Virus record (IMG/VR): IMGVR_UViG_3300023112_000001
DNA from: a virus
Taxonomy: Duplodnaviria; Heunggongvirae; Uroviricota; Caudoviricetes; Crassvirales
DNA: 36,684 bases
Strand: one strand, 5' to 3'
Positions 1 to 8,854 of the stretch are shown here, one piece after another. Positions within the stretch are counted from its first letter, which is position 1, and the number at the start of each line of letters is the position of its first letter. The translations under genes were made by a program, and so were the position numbers. The notes under the pieces were generated by a model. That model was not told the DNA's origin, searched no databases, and saw only the letters and a list, made by a program, of their open reading frames with translations.

Positions 1-1
1 C

Positions 2-277
2 AAGCGGCCTAGTTCTGAGGAAATATGGCGATTAGACGCTGGCGAAACAGGAGGTCAAACTATAGTGGAATTAATACCTCCAGAAGGATCGTCTATAGCA
101 GAGTACAGTATAGTATATACTAAAGAACTACAGCCTATTAATTTAGGCTTATCAGTGCCTTGTATATTGCACGAAGATTTACATGATGATGTTGTAGATG
201 AGGCTTTTCAAATAATGACAGGTGCTGCTAATCCTGAATTATATAATATAGCAAATAACGAAGCAAATAATAATTAA
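2..277 (+). CDS. 3' part of a crAss-like structural protein, probably a tail ring protein; 5'-truncated by the window edge
   Basis: The frame of the listed 65..277 ORF is open back to position 2 (KRPSSEEIWRLDAGETGGQTIVELIPP...), so the GTG at 65 is probably internal. The C-terminal CILHEDLHDDVVDEAF resembles the C-x-L-x3-H-x-(D/E)-(I/V)-V-D motif of crAss ring proteins. It lies directly upstream of the auxiliary capsid-like gene. Confidence 0.55.
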   Translation, partial: KRPSSEEIWRLDAGETGGQTIVELIPPEGSSIAEYSIVYTKELQPINLGLSVPCILHEDLHDDVVDEAFQIMTGAANPELYNIANNEANNN

Positions 278-300
278 GTTTAATTTAATATTTTTAAAAA

Positions 301-1515
301 ATGATTGCTCAAGCAAATGTAACAAACATTGTAATCGGTAAAGATGATGATCTAGCGACTAGTTCGGAAACTAGAAATGATCTTATTGCTGGACAAATTG
401 GCGTATTTTTAGTAGGTTCACTTACAGCAAAAACTACAGCCTTAACTGCGGGTCAAAGATTTCAAATTGTTTATAAACGTGTAGATGGTGCTCTTATTGA
501 GTCTCCTGTAATTGACTACAGTAATATTATAGACAAGCAAGATGTTGGAACACCTGTCGCTGAAGCTCAAGGAATAAAAGCTCTTGGCTTTAACGGAACA
601 TCAGGCTCTATTGATGTTGCTAATGGTGAAGACTATGTTGTTCACTATAACTGGAATGATAACACAAAAACTTTTGGTAGAGGCTTGCCAACTAAATTTT
701 TAGCTTATAGATCGAGCTCTTCTGCTACTCAAGTAGAAATCGCTGCTGGTCTTGTTGAAAATGCTGTAGCTAATAACTCTAGAGAAAAAGTTCCTGTTGT
801 TGTAGCCGACCTATTAGTTAATAGTGCTGGACTTGCTCTAGGGACTGGTGTTGATACCATTACCTTACTTAAGGGTAGTAAACTATTTACCGCTACTGAT
901 ATTGATGACGCGACTGGAAATGCTGCTCTAGCTGTAGGGGATTATCTAAGAGTTGGAACTGCTATAACTGCAGTTTGTTATGAAATCACAGCAATTGACA
1001 TTGCCACTAATACTGGAACTCTTGCATATGCTTATCAAGGAGACGATTACTCTGCCGTAGATACATCTTTTGAAAGAATAGCTGCTGCTACAGCAGCCAC
1101 TTCTGATGCTGGTGTAATTTTAACAGGTCAGATAATGCCTTTTAAAGCAGGTAAGTTAAAATACTCTCCAGTATTTTTCAACTTTTGGAAAGTAGGTGAA
1201 GGATTTGGCGCGACAACTGTATCTGAGGTAACCAAGCCTTCTAAAGGTATTGGTACTTATAAAGAGATAGCTGAAATCGAATGGTTCTTAAGAGGTAATA
1301 GAGGTGAGTCTTATCGTGTTGCTGACTATCCTGTTGATTATACAGCCGATGCTGTGTCTGGCAAGACTTATCAACAAATTACCGTATCGTATAAGGATTT
1401 AAATGCCGTAACTCTTGATAGAGAGGTTGCTTCTTTTGGAGCCTTAATGATTGCTACCGAAGATGAATCTGCAAGTACTGTTCACACAGACTTAAAGACT
1501 GTTCTAGGATTGTAA
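301..1515 (+). CDS. Probable auxiliary capsid protein (crAss001 gp36-like), 404 aa
   Basis: Beta-rich, Ala/Gly/Thr-rich structural protein. It follows a ring-like gene and precedes a strong terminator, as expected for a high-copy virion protein. The assignment rests on synteny and general resemblance. Confidence 0.55.
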   Translation: MIAQANVTNIVIGKDDDLATSSETRNDLIAGQIGVFLVGSLTAKTTALTAGQRFQIVYKRVDGALIESPVIDYSNIIDKQDVGTPVAEAQGIKALGFNGTSGSIDVANGEDYVVHYNWNDNTKTFGRGLPTKFLAYRSSSSATQVEIAAGLVENAVANNSREKVPVVVADLLVNSAGLALGTGVDTITLLKGSKLFTATDIDDATGNAALAVGDYLRVGTAITAVCYEITAIDIATNTGTLAYAYQGDDYSAVDTSFERIAAATAATSDAGVILTGQIMPFKAGKLKYSPVFFNFWKVGEGFGATTVSEVTKPSKGIGTYKEIAEIEWFLRGNRGESYRVADYPVDYTADAVSGKTYQQITVSYKDLNAVTLDREVASFGALMIATEDESASTVHTDLKTVLGL

Positions 1516-1540
1516 TAAAAAAATAGTAAATAATTATTTA

Positions 1541-1574
1541 AAAGGGTAGGATTAATTTCTTACCCTTTTTTTTT
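1541..1574 (+). terminator. Rho-independent terminator
   Basis: AAAGGGTAGGA-TTAAT-TTCTTACCCTTT hairpin (one G-U pair) followed by a long T run, 25 nt after the 1515 stop. Confidence 0.85.
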
Positions 1575-1612
1575 GTAAAGTTTATAAACAGCATTGAGCC
1601 GTACTGAGATAA

Positions 1613-1644
1613 TTTGGATTTTACAATTATTTTTTGTATGTTTG
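1613..1644 (+). promoter_or_regulatory. Bacteroidota primary-sigma-type promoter P1
   Basis: TTTG at 1613-1616, a 20-nt spacer, then TATGTTTG at 1637-1644. This is an exact match to the -33 TTTG / -7 TAnnTTTG consensus. It lies just after the terminator and 19 nt before the ATG at 1664. Confidence 0.8.
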
Positions 1645-1663
1645 TATATTAAACTGATAGAAA

Positions 1664-2056
1664 ATGTCAAACTTAAGAGATTCTAGTCGAAAAGGCTATG
1701 CAAGAGTCACTCAAAAAGAGGGACCAAACCTAAAGAAAAATTCCGTAGTTCTTGCGGGAGTAGCAAATACACCAATCGCAGTTACCAATAGTTATTCAGG
1801 AGGAATGTCTTTTGAAGTTAGTAATCCTGATTCAGATTTGTCAGCGTCTGCAACTGTAAATGTTCAGATATCTGTTAGTGGATCTGGCGACAATTGGGCT
1901 CAAGCAACAGACTCTATTGGAGAAGACCTAACCTATACCTTAGATAGTGGTGGCGTATTAATAGACGCTATATCTGGTATTCCATTAGGAACTCCACTTC
2001 GACTTATTGTAGTTGAAGCTATTACTGGAACCTTAGAAATATCTACTAGACAATAA
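1664..2056 (+). CDS. Small beta-rich virion-associated protein, 130 aa
   Basis: Basic N-terminal arm followed by an alternating beta-strand pattern. First gene after P1, coupled to the next gene by a TAATG overlap. Confidence 0.45.
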   Translation: MSNLRDSSRKGYARVTQKEGPNLKKNSVVLAGVANTPIAVTNSYSGGMSFEVSNPDSDLSASATVNVQISVSGSGDNWAQATDSIGEDLTYTLDSGGVLIDAISGIPLGTPLRLIVVEAITGTLEISTRQ

Positions 2057-3930
2057 TGAAATGGCTTGGGCGACACATATCAAGACTTCTTGGTAGAAGT
2101 CTAACTAGAGCGTTTACTATTTTATTGCCAGCATGTATACGAGATTCTGCGGTAGCTTGGTTTAAAGATTTAAACAAAACTGTTGACGATAGCTATGTGC
2201 AAGATGAGATAGGGGATCGTACAGACGATGTATTCTATGGACAATATTTAGCTGAAAATAGTGTAACAGGTCTTTTAGATTTTGATGGAATAGGGGATTA
2301 TGTTTCTTTTGGAGATACTGCGGATATTATAAGAAATAGTAAAACGGTTGCCTTTGAGATGAATCTTGAGGAGAATGCTTCTACAGATTACTTTTCTGTC
2401 CTTGCCTTTAAATCTACGAACGCAGGTGATTTTTTATCTGTAGCATATTCTCCTGGGTTGGGAATGTTTAGAACAAGATCTTCTACCTTTGCTGGAGGAG
2501 GAAGAGACTATGATATAAGTGCTTATCGAAATCAATTAATAGAGGTAGTGATAACTAAAGTTAGTACTAGTGTAATACAGTTGACTGTAAATGGAGTAGC
2601 TATAACCCCTATAGGTGATACTTCTGGAACAGAGCCGACTTTTTCTTATATCGGATATGGTGATGGTATATATGAATACGCTAATTACTTTACTATTTGG
2701 AATGTAAGGATATATGATGGAACAATAACAAATAGTTGGTTAGGGAATCCTGATGGAAATACTGATGCAGCATGGGTAGATGATACTGGTAGTTATGACG
2801 GTACTGTATTTGGTACTCCTGGTGTTACTGAGACACCTTACTATATAAATTTCTATAGAACCTCTGGAACATTTGACTATACTGACCCTTCAGATGGGTC
2901 ACTTGTAGAAGATATTTCTATACCAGGAACAGGATTATATACAATACCTGCAAATGGTGTATGTGATATAAAAGTAGACCCTTATTATCCAGAAGCTGTT
3001 GTAGGATTACTTGATTTCGATGGGGTTGATGATGTTGTCACTCTACCTGCGACGGTAGATGTTACAGGTAATAAAACAATTGACTTTAAGTGTTATATAA
3101 ATGATAGCGTTCCTGGAGAAGACGGTACTGTGACTGGTGCTTTAATGTGTCTTTCACAAGATATCACTGATCTTCTTTGGGTCAATATTAATAAAGAATA
3201 TGAAGAATTTGCTATTTATAGTATTGAGGTTCTATTAAATGCGGGGGATAATACTAACCCGAATGCTTCTTGGTCTTTTGATTTAGACTTATTATTACTA
3301 AATACAATAATTGATATTAGCATTGTAAAGACGGCAGGGCAAATATCCTCATGTAGCGTTAATGGATCACCCGTCACACTGACTTCGTCAGGAAATGGTG
3401 AGATACATACTGCAGAAAATTTAATTGGGGCGGTAACACTATTTTCTACTACTGAATACCTAAGTAGTACCAATATTGGGTATATATGGAGTTTAGGTAT
3501 AGGTAGCAGCCATTCTTACCCTGGCTCGCCTGACGGAAATACCAACACAGCTTGGGTTGATGGTATTGGTACAGACAATGGGGCTGTATCAGGCTCGCCA
3601 ACAACAATAGATTTAAATTTTGGAGATAAATCATATGTATCTTACTATCCTGTATGCGAAAGAGCAGGTACGGTACTACATGATGTAAATGAAAATTCAA
3701 TTCATATATCTGTGACTATGCCTTCTTGGTCAGAAACACTATACGGTTCAGACTATTTGAACCAATATGGATTTGCAAATAAAGCTGAAAGCGATATTGA
3801 GGGGTATGACTGGACAACTAGCGTTGATGGTAATCCAATTGCATTAGATAACAATACTTTAATCCCTTTAAAAAAAAAGAATAGCTTAGTTTCAAATACA
3901 ATAGATGGACCTTTAAATATGATAATATAA
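2056..3930 (+). CDS. Putative receptor-binding/fibre protein with two LamG/concanavalin-A-like domains, 624 aa
   Basis: Two copies of GLLDFDG(I/V)(G/D)D(Y/V)V (2269, 3004), each ending in a G(N/S)PDGNTxxAWVDxxGxxxGxVxGxP motif. FDGxDDYV is typical of LamG-like folds. Confidence 0.6.
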   Translation: MKWLGRHISRLLGRSLTRAFTILLPACIRDSAVAWFKDLNKTVDDSYVQDEIGDRTDDVFYGQYLAENSVTGLLDFDGIGDYVSFGDTADIIRNSKTVAFEMNLEENASTDYFSVLAFKSTNAGDFLSVAYSPGLGMFRTRSSTFAGGGRDYDISAYRNQLIEVVITKVSTSVIQLTVNGVAITPIGDTSGTEPTFSYIGYGDGIYEYANYFTIWNVRIYDGTITNSWLGNPDGNTDAAWVDDTGSYDGTVFGTPGVTETPYYINFYRTSGTFDYTDPSDGSLVEDISIPGTGLYTIPANGVCDIKVDPYYPEAVVGLLDFDGVDDVVTLPATVDVTGNKTIDFKCYINDSVPGEDGTVTGALMCLSQDITDLLWVNINKEYEEFAIYSIEVLLNAGDNTNPNASWSFDLDLLLLNTIIDISIVKTAGQISSCSVNGSPVTLTSSGNGEIHTAENLIGAVTLFSTTEYLSSTNIGYIWSLGIGSSHSYPGSPDGNTNTAWVDGIGTDNGAVSGSPTTIDLNFGDKSYVSYYPVCERAGTVLHDVNENSIHISVTMPSWSETLYGSDYLNQYGFANKAESDIEGYDWTTSVDGNPIALDNNTLIPLKKKNSLVSNTIDGPLNMII

Positions 3931-3931
3931 A

Positions 3932-6127
3932 ATGACAAAAATAACTCATGCAGATAAGGTTTCTGTAACAAACAATCAACTCCCAGAGGAAAATAAATGG
4001 ACTGACGATAATATAAATGAACACAAGCAGTCAGTAAACGACTTATACGACATTGTTGGAGCTGGAGCAGACTCAGACAATCTTATTGTTTATTCTATTA
4101 ATACAGTAGGTGATTTAGCTTCTGTGATTGCAGGGATAACTGATGCTGCTTCTGATAATATGTATAAGATAGAAGTAAGACCAGGTGACTATACAACGGA
4201 ACCTGTGATTCTAAAACCATACATTTATATAAACGGTGTTGATAAAGCAGCATGTAAGTTTACTGCTGATAGCGTGTCTGATACAATATTTGATTTAACT
4301 GTGAGTTCGGGTATTGAGAATCTAACTATTGGTGGAGCGACATCTGGTATAGGGGTTGATTTTACAACAGCTACTCCTGGATTTGCTTTTGCGAATAATA
4401 TTACTGTATTGGATTGTCAGACAGGATTGTTATTTGCAGGTGGTGCTACAGGAGCAATGGAGGTGGATGGTATTACGTTTAATGGGACATTTACTACAGG
4501 TGTAAATCATACTTCTGGCAATTTAACATTAAGAACTCCTGCTGTTGCAGGTACTTCTACTTTAACTACATTTTTAAATATTACTGGAGCTTCTGATATA
4601 TTAACTTTAGATAGGCCTATTTCTTTTAGCTCTAATGTTACAACGGCTTTAAGTATTGCAAATGGAGCTAGAGTATCTGCTAATGATGGTAATTTTGTGG
4701 GTTGTACTAATGGAGTTGTTATATCTGGAGATGATACTAATTTTGTTGCTAGTGGTTTCAAGGTATTTAATTGTACGAATGATGGTTTAAGAATTGATGC
4801 TACTGGAACTAGTCCTGTAGTTACATTAGTAAGTTCTATTATAGATGGTAGTACTAATTTTAATATCAATATATTAAATACAACTGCATCTATAACTGGA
4901 AATTGCATTACAGACACTAGTAAGGTTGCTACTATAGATGGGGCTTCTGTAAACTTCTATATTCTTGATGATTTAGAAGGAGATAGGGGGGTTAAGTTTA
5001 TTGGAGAAGCTGCCATAGGAACTCAATTAAGACCTTCTGAGCTCATAGCTGGAGAGGGAGATAGTCATACTTATTTGAAGTGTTATTCTCAAATATCTAC
5101 AGGAGCCTTTACAGATAGAACTACTGCAGCTAGATCTGCTTCTGGTAGTACATTTACCTTCGATGATTTATTAACCAATAGTGCTATCTATGTAGCCAAT
5201 GATATACAGACAACAGCAGGGGATTATTTAGTATTTCACGGATTAAAGATATCTATAGATACAGCATGTGTATGTAACTATGGAGATGTGATTGCAGAAT
5301 ACTGGAATGGTAGTGCATGGACAGAGTTTAATGGATCAACACAATTGAGTGGAGCTCCTCATTGGAAGTACCGAAAAGAGTATTTCGATAGAACAGGTAG
5401 CTATCATATAAAATTCGATCCAAATATATTAACAGATTGGACAGAAAATGATCCTATGTCATTGGGTTCAACTAGACATTGGATGAGGTTTAGGTTGACT
5501 GCTACAGTTACTACAGCTCCTATATTCCAACAATTCAAAGTATCTACTTCTAGAGCGGAAGTGAATGAGGATGGTAGTAGAGAGGGACATGGATTTGGAA
5601 GAAATATAAAGAAATTAACTTTAGATGCATCAGGCCCTATAGAGGGGAATATGCAGTCTAGTGATATATATGTAGATGCGAATGTAGGAGTTGCATTTAC
5701 CTTCAATAGATATACTGCTGTAGGAGACATGTATGGCTTCAGTTTTGAGCTACCAGAAGATTGTGATACATCTATACCTATTATAATAGCTTGGAAAGGT
5801 AAATTTGCAAGTTCAGGGAGTCCTCAATTCACGGTAAGAAGGAATATAGTGAGTCCAGGAGATCCCTATATCAATTCAGAGCCAGGAGCGAGTGGAAACA
5901 CTCAAACAGTACTTTCTACCATAAGAGCGGTAACTGCAAATGTAAGGGAGGATTTTAGTGTAGAGATAGATGTTAGCGATGCTATTCCAAGTAGAGCTAG
6001 TGGAGGATTTGGAGATGAGATATGGGTTACAATTCAAAATACTACTAGAGCAGGAAATTTCGATCATACAAAGTATTCAGCAAACTATGGAAGTGATTTC
6101 GATGGTAGACATTTAGAACAAGAATAA
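3932..6127 (+). CDS. Putative tailspike with a right-handed parallel beta-helix (pectin-lyase-like), 731 aa
   Basis: N-terminal KITHADKV...ENKWTDDNINEHKQSVNDL fibre-anchor-like segment, a beta-helix cap (YKIEVRPGDYTTEPVILKPYIYING), stacked G/N/T-rich rungs (FNCTNDGLRIDATG), and beta-sandwich-like C-terminal domains. Confidence 0.65.
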   Translation: MTKITHADKVSVTNNQLPEENKWTDDNINEHKQSVNDLYDIVGAGADSDNLIVYSINTVGDLASVIAGITDAASDNMYKIEVRPGDYTTEPVILKPYIYINGVDKAACKFTADSVSDTIFDLTVSSGIENLTIGGATSGIGVDFTTATPGFAFANNITVLDCQTGLLFAGGATGAMEVDGITFNGTFTTGVNHTSGNLTLRTPAVAGTSTLTTFLNITGASDILTLDRPISFSSNVTTALSIANGARVSANDGNFVGCTNGVVISGDDTNFVASGFKVFNCTNDGLRIDATGTSPVVTLVSSIIDGSTNFNINILNTTASITGNCITDTSKVATIDGASVNFYILDDLEGDRGVKFIGEAAIGTQLRPSELIAGEGDSHTYLKCYSQISTGAFTDRTTAARSASGSTFTFDDLLTNSAIYVANDIQTTAGDYLVFHGLKISIDTACVCNYGDVIAEYWNGSAWTEFNGSTQLSGAPHWKYRKEYFDRTGSYHIKFDPNILTDWTENDPMSLGSTRHWMRFRLTATVTTAPIFQQFKVSTSRAEVNEDGSREGHGFGRNIKKLTLDASGPIEGNMQSSDIYVDANVGVAFTFNRYTAVGDMYGFSFELPEDCDTSIPIIIAWKGKFASSGSPQFTVRRNIVSPGDPYINSEPGASGNTQTVLSTIRAVTANVREDFSVEIDVSDAIPSRASGGFGDEIWVTIQNTTRAGNFDHTKYSANYGSDFDGRHLEQE

Positions 6128-6128
6128 T

Positions 6129-7733
6129 ATGGCAACAGATGCAAGGAATTTAACATATAATGATTTAATCGTAGGTAGGGTAAAATATGATTTACCCTTC
6201 ACTACTCTATTAGGAGTGACGTATAGTCAATCTGCTGAAGGAGAAGACTTAGTAGATGCTTATGGAGAATCTCCAGACCTACCATATGTATCGGGATTTG
6301 GAGTAAATCAAATATTCGACCTATCTCCTTTGTCGGATGATAGATGGAACAAAAACGCATATGTAGGAAACGCCTTTACTCTACCTGAATACTACGACTT
6401 CCCATATATAAGCGAAATATACTTCGATACATCAAACCCCTACCATTGGAAGATTAGAGATTGCCACTATAGGTTCTATGAAGAACAAGCTGTAGGTCTT
6501 ACAGATATATCTTTTGCAAAACTTACTTATGAGGATTTTGGTTATGGAATGTTAACTGTAACTGATGGTACTAGTTATATAGAGAGCACTGTCGCTACAG
6601 GCTCGTGGGAATATATTATTAATATAGATGCTGCTACAGCATCTAATTCTGTAGGGCTTATAGGAGATAATATAGATACGGATAATGGGTATTTAGTAAG
6701 AATAAATTCTTCGAGAGCCCTTCTTTTAAGGAGAGGTGACGCAGGTTCATTTACTACTATATTAGGTACGGATGATAATTATATTGAAAATGGCGTAGAC
6801 TATCGTATAAGGGTAGAAAGATCTGTCTCCAATGAATTTACAATGTATATTAAAGGAGGTGCTTTTGGCACAGACTATGTTCTTGTAGATACTACTGGGG
6901 GTACGGGAACCAATCCTATTGTAGATAGCACACATACGATTTCTAATTATCTATCACTTATTTCAGATGCTGATGATGAGATAAGAGAGTTTAGAGTAAA
7001 TGATAGTTATATCAATTTTCAGGATTTTACTACAACTGCTGGTACTTTTGCTATAGACGGTCTCCGTAGTGCGGACGAACTATTGCTTTATCAAAAAGGA
7101 TATGGTTTAGAGTGTACTGATAATGGGGTAACGTATTTAGCTAATACTGAAGCATATGGGGTGCAAGAATTTGGGGTATGTAAGGTTACAGGCACAACCT
7201 TCAAGGTCAACTTTATAAATGATATTACTTCTCTTGAGGAAAATGGGTATACCATTCAGTTTACTTCTGACAACAGAGTTCGGTTAAGAGAAGCTACGGG
7301 AGGCTCATCTTCTACTATAATGTCTACTCCTGTTGGTTATATAGAAGACGATATTTGTTATGGAATAAAAGTTACAAGAAACTCTGTTGTAGATGAATAT
7401 GTGCCGGGAGCAGTAAATACATTTGCTGTATACATAAAAGGAGGGTTGTTTGGAACTGATTATGTATTGGTTGATCCTACAGGAGGTTCTGGAACGAATC
7501 CTATTATAGATAGTACTCACACAACATCTGTTTATTCATTGGTAGATTACGATGACGGTGATGTGTTAGAATATTATTATATTAATTCGATTCCAGTAGA
7601 TACTAGAAATTTTACAGACACTACAGCAGTATCTACAGTAATATCTTCTCAGGTAGATCCTAAATTGACTGAGATACAGAGCTATGTTAATTTATTACCT
7701 CCTACTTACGAATATTATAATAACGAAGTATAA
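6129..7733 (+). CDS. Structural protein with a tandem-duplicated lectin-like beta domain, 534 aa
   Basis: Internal repeat YIKGG(A/L)FGTDYVLVD(T/P)TGG(T/S)GTNPI(V/I)DSTHT at 6846-6938 and 7431-7523. Confidence 0.55.
   Translation: MATDARNLTYNDLIVGRVKYDLPFTTLLGVTYSQSAEGEDLVDAYGESPDLPYVSGFGVNQIFDLSPLSDDRWNKNAYVGNAFTLPEYYDFPYISEIYFDTSNPYHWKIRDCHYRFYEEQAVGLTDISFAKLTYEDFGYGMLTVTDGTSYIESTVATGSWEYIINIDAATASNSVGLIGDNIDTDNGYLVRINSSRALLLRRGDAGSFTTILGTDDNYIENGVDYRIRVERSVSNEFTMYIKGGAFGTDYVLVDTTGGTGTNPIVDSTHTISNYLSLISDADDEIREFRVNDSYINFQDFTTTAGTFAIDGLRSADELLLYQKGYGLECTDNGVTYLANTEAYGVQEFGVCKVTGTTFKVNFINDITSLEENGYTIQFTSDNRVRLREATGGSSSTIMSTPVGYIEDDICYGIKVTRNSVVDEYVPGAVNTFAVYIKGGLFGTDYVLVDPTGGSGTNPIIDSTHTTSVYSLVDYDDGDVLEYYYINSIPVDTRNFTDTTAVSTVISSQVDPKLTEIQSYVNLLPPTYEYYNNEV
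6846..7523 (+). repeat. Intragenic domain duplication; conserved cores at 6846-6938 and 7431-7523
   Basis: The 31-aa cores are near-identical in protein sequence but diverged at synonymous positions. Confidence 0.85.
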
Positions 7734-8155
7734 TGAGAAGTAAAGCAATAGAAATAGAGATTGATATAGATCTGATACCTCAAGAGGTTTTAGACTCAGG
7801 TATATTAGATATTGAATATTCTGCTAGAGGGATGTCAACCCCTGTAGAAGTAGCAGAAGATGAAGTTGTTGAAAGAGTAGGTTGTAATATTCTATGGATT
7901 CATAGTGATGGGTTTAAACCTTTTCTTGATGAATACTTTCAATATTTAACTGCCGTTATATCTGCGTATAATAGAACTACTAAAACCGACCATTTAAATC
8001 TTTATATAGAAGATATTGATGCGGAAGAATCAGAGTATAATTATACAGATCAAGAAGGTATAACCTATAGAAATGTAAGATTTTCTGAGTTAGGAGAAGT
8101 AAATTTAGCAGAAGTTAAGTTTAGAAGAGATCTTGGTAATGAGATAGAAGAATAA
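7733..8155 (+). CDS. Hypothetical acidic protein, 140 aa
   Basis: TAATG-coupled ORF in the operon; no motif recognised. Confidence 0.55.
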   Translation: MRSKAIEIEIDIDLIPQEVLDSGILDIEYSARGMSTPVEVAEDEVVERVGCNILWIHSDGFKPFLDEYFQYLTAVISAYNRTTKTDHLNLYIEDIDAEESEYNYTDQEGITYRNVRFSELGEVNLAEVKFRRDLGNEIEE

Positions 8156-8157
8156 TT

Positions 8158-8484
8158 ATGGCTACATTAAAATTTAAAGGGAAGGCTCCAGAACTTATAA
8201 AGATAGCAATAGCTGTAGGAGCAGAGAGTATATTCTTCGATGTAAGTAATGACTATGAACCTATATGGTTTGATAGTGAGCAATTAGAGTATTTCTATGG
8301 CTCTCAAATATTTACAGATGTTGAAAATCAGAAGAATATGATTTGGACAGATACACCTGTTACGGGAGATTGTTTACAGACTACTTATGATTTTATAGGT
8401 TATGAAATATGGTTATTAGAAACAGGATATTGGAATGACTCTGCAGGTAATGTTTGGGCAGATGAAAGTCTTTGGGTAGATTAA
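8158..8484 (+). CDS. Hypothetical phage protein with a C-terminal W-x-D repeat, 108 aa
   Basis: Ends WLLETGYWNDSAGNVWADESLWVD, a Trp/Asp tail of the kind seen in small phage tail-region proteins. Confidence 0.5.
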   Translation: MATLKFKGKAPELIKIAIAVGAESIFFDVSNDYEPIWFDSEQLEYFYGSQIFTDVENQKNMIWTDTPVTGDCLQTTYDFIGYEIWLLETGYWNDSAGNVWADESLWVD

Positions 8485-8503
8485 TAAAAAAAAATAAATA
8501 AAA

Positions 8504-8854
8504 ATGGCAACAATAAATCAAGTTAATAACGGAGATACCGCACTATTAGCACGTACAACTTGGAATGATAACGATACTGCTGTCAATGTAGAAGTTACAG
8601 CAGCTACAGCAGCTATAACTGCGTTACAAGGTAGGTTTGATAAACAGACTACTAACTTAGTAGCAGACACAGATAACACTGATATAACAAACCCCTTCGT
8701 GTTCCCTATAGTACCTAATGTGGTACAGGTAAGGGCTTCTGACGGTACGCTTATATTAGATGCTTATCAAAATGTTAATCCTGCTAATGGAAATATAACA
8801 ATACAAACTGGCGCAAATTATACTGGCGCAATAATAACTATAATAGGATGGTAA
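8504..8854 (+). CDS. Small fibre-like structural protein, 116 aa
   Basis: N-terminal MATINQVNNGDTALLARTTWNDN resembles the NGD(T/S)GxxxRxKxNxN start of many phage fibre proteins. It is followed by a short coiled coil (EVTAATAAITALQGRF) and a small beta domain. Confidence 0.5.
   Translation: MATINQVNNGDTALLARTTWNDNDTAVNVEVTAATAAITALQGRFDKQTTNLVADTDNTDITNPFVFPIVPNVVQVRASDGTLILDAYQNVNPANGNITIQTGANYTGAIITIIGW

Noticed and set aside
3867-3889. TTTAAAAAAAAAG slippery-looking run near the end of the 624-aa gene
   Set aside because: Both shifted frames hit TAG within a few codons (3882 and 3887), so no fusion to the next gene is possible. It reads normally as LKKK.
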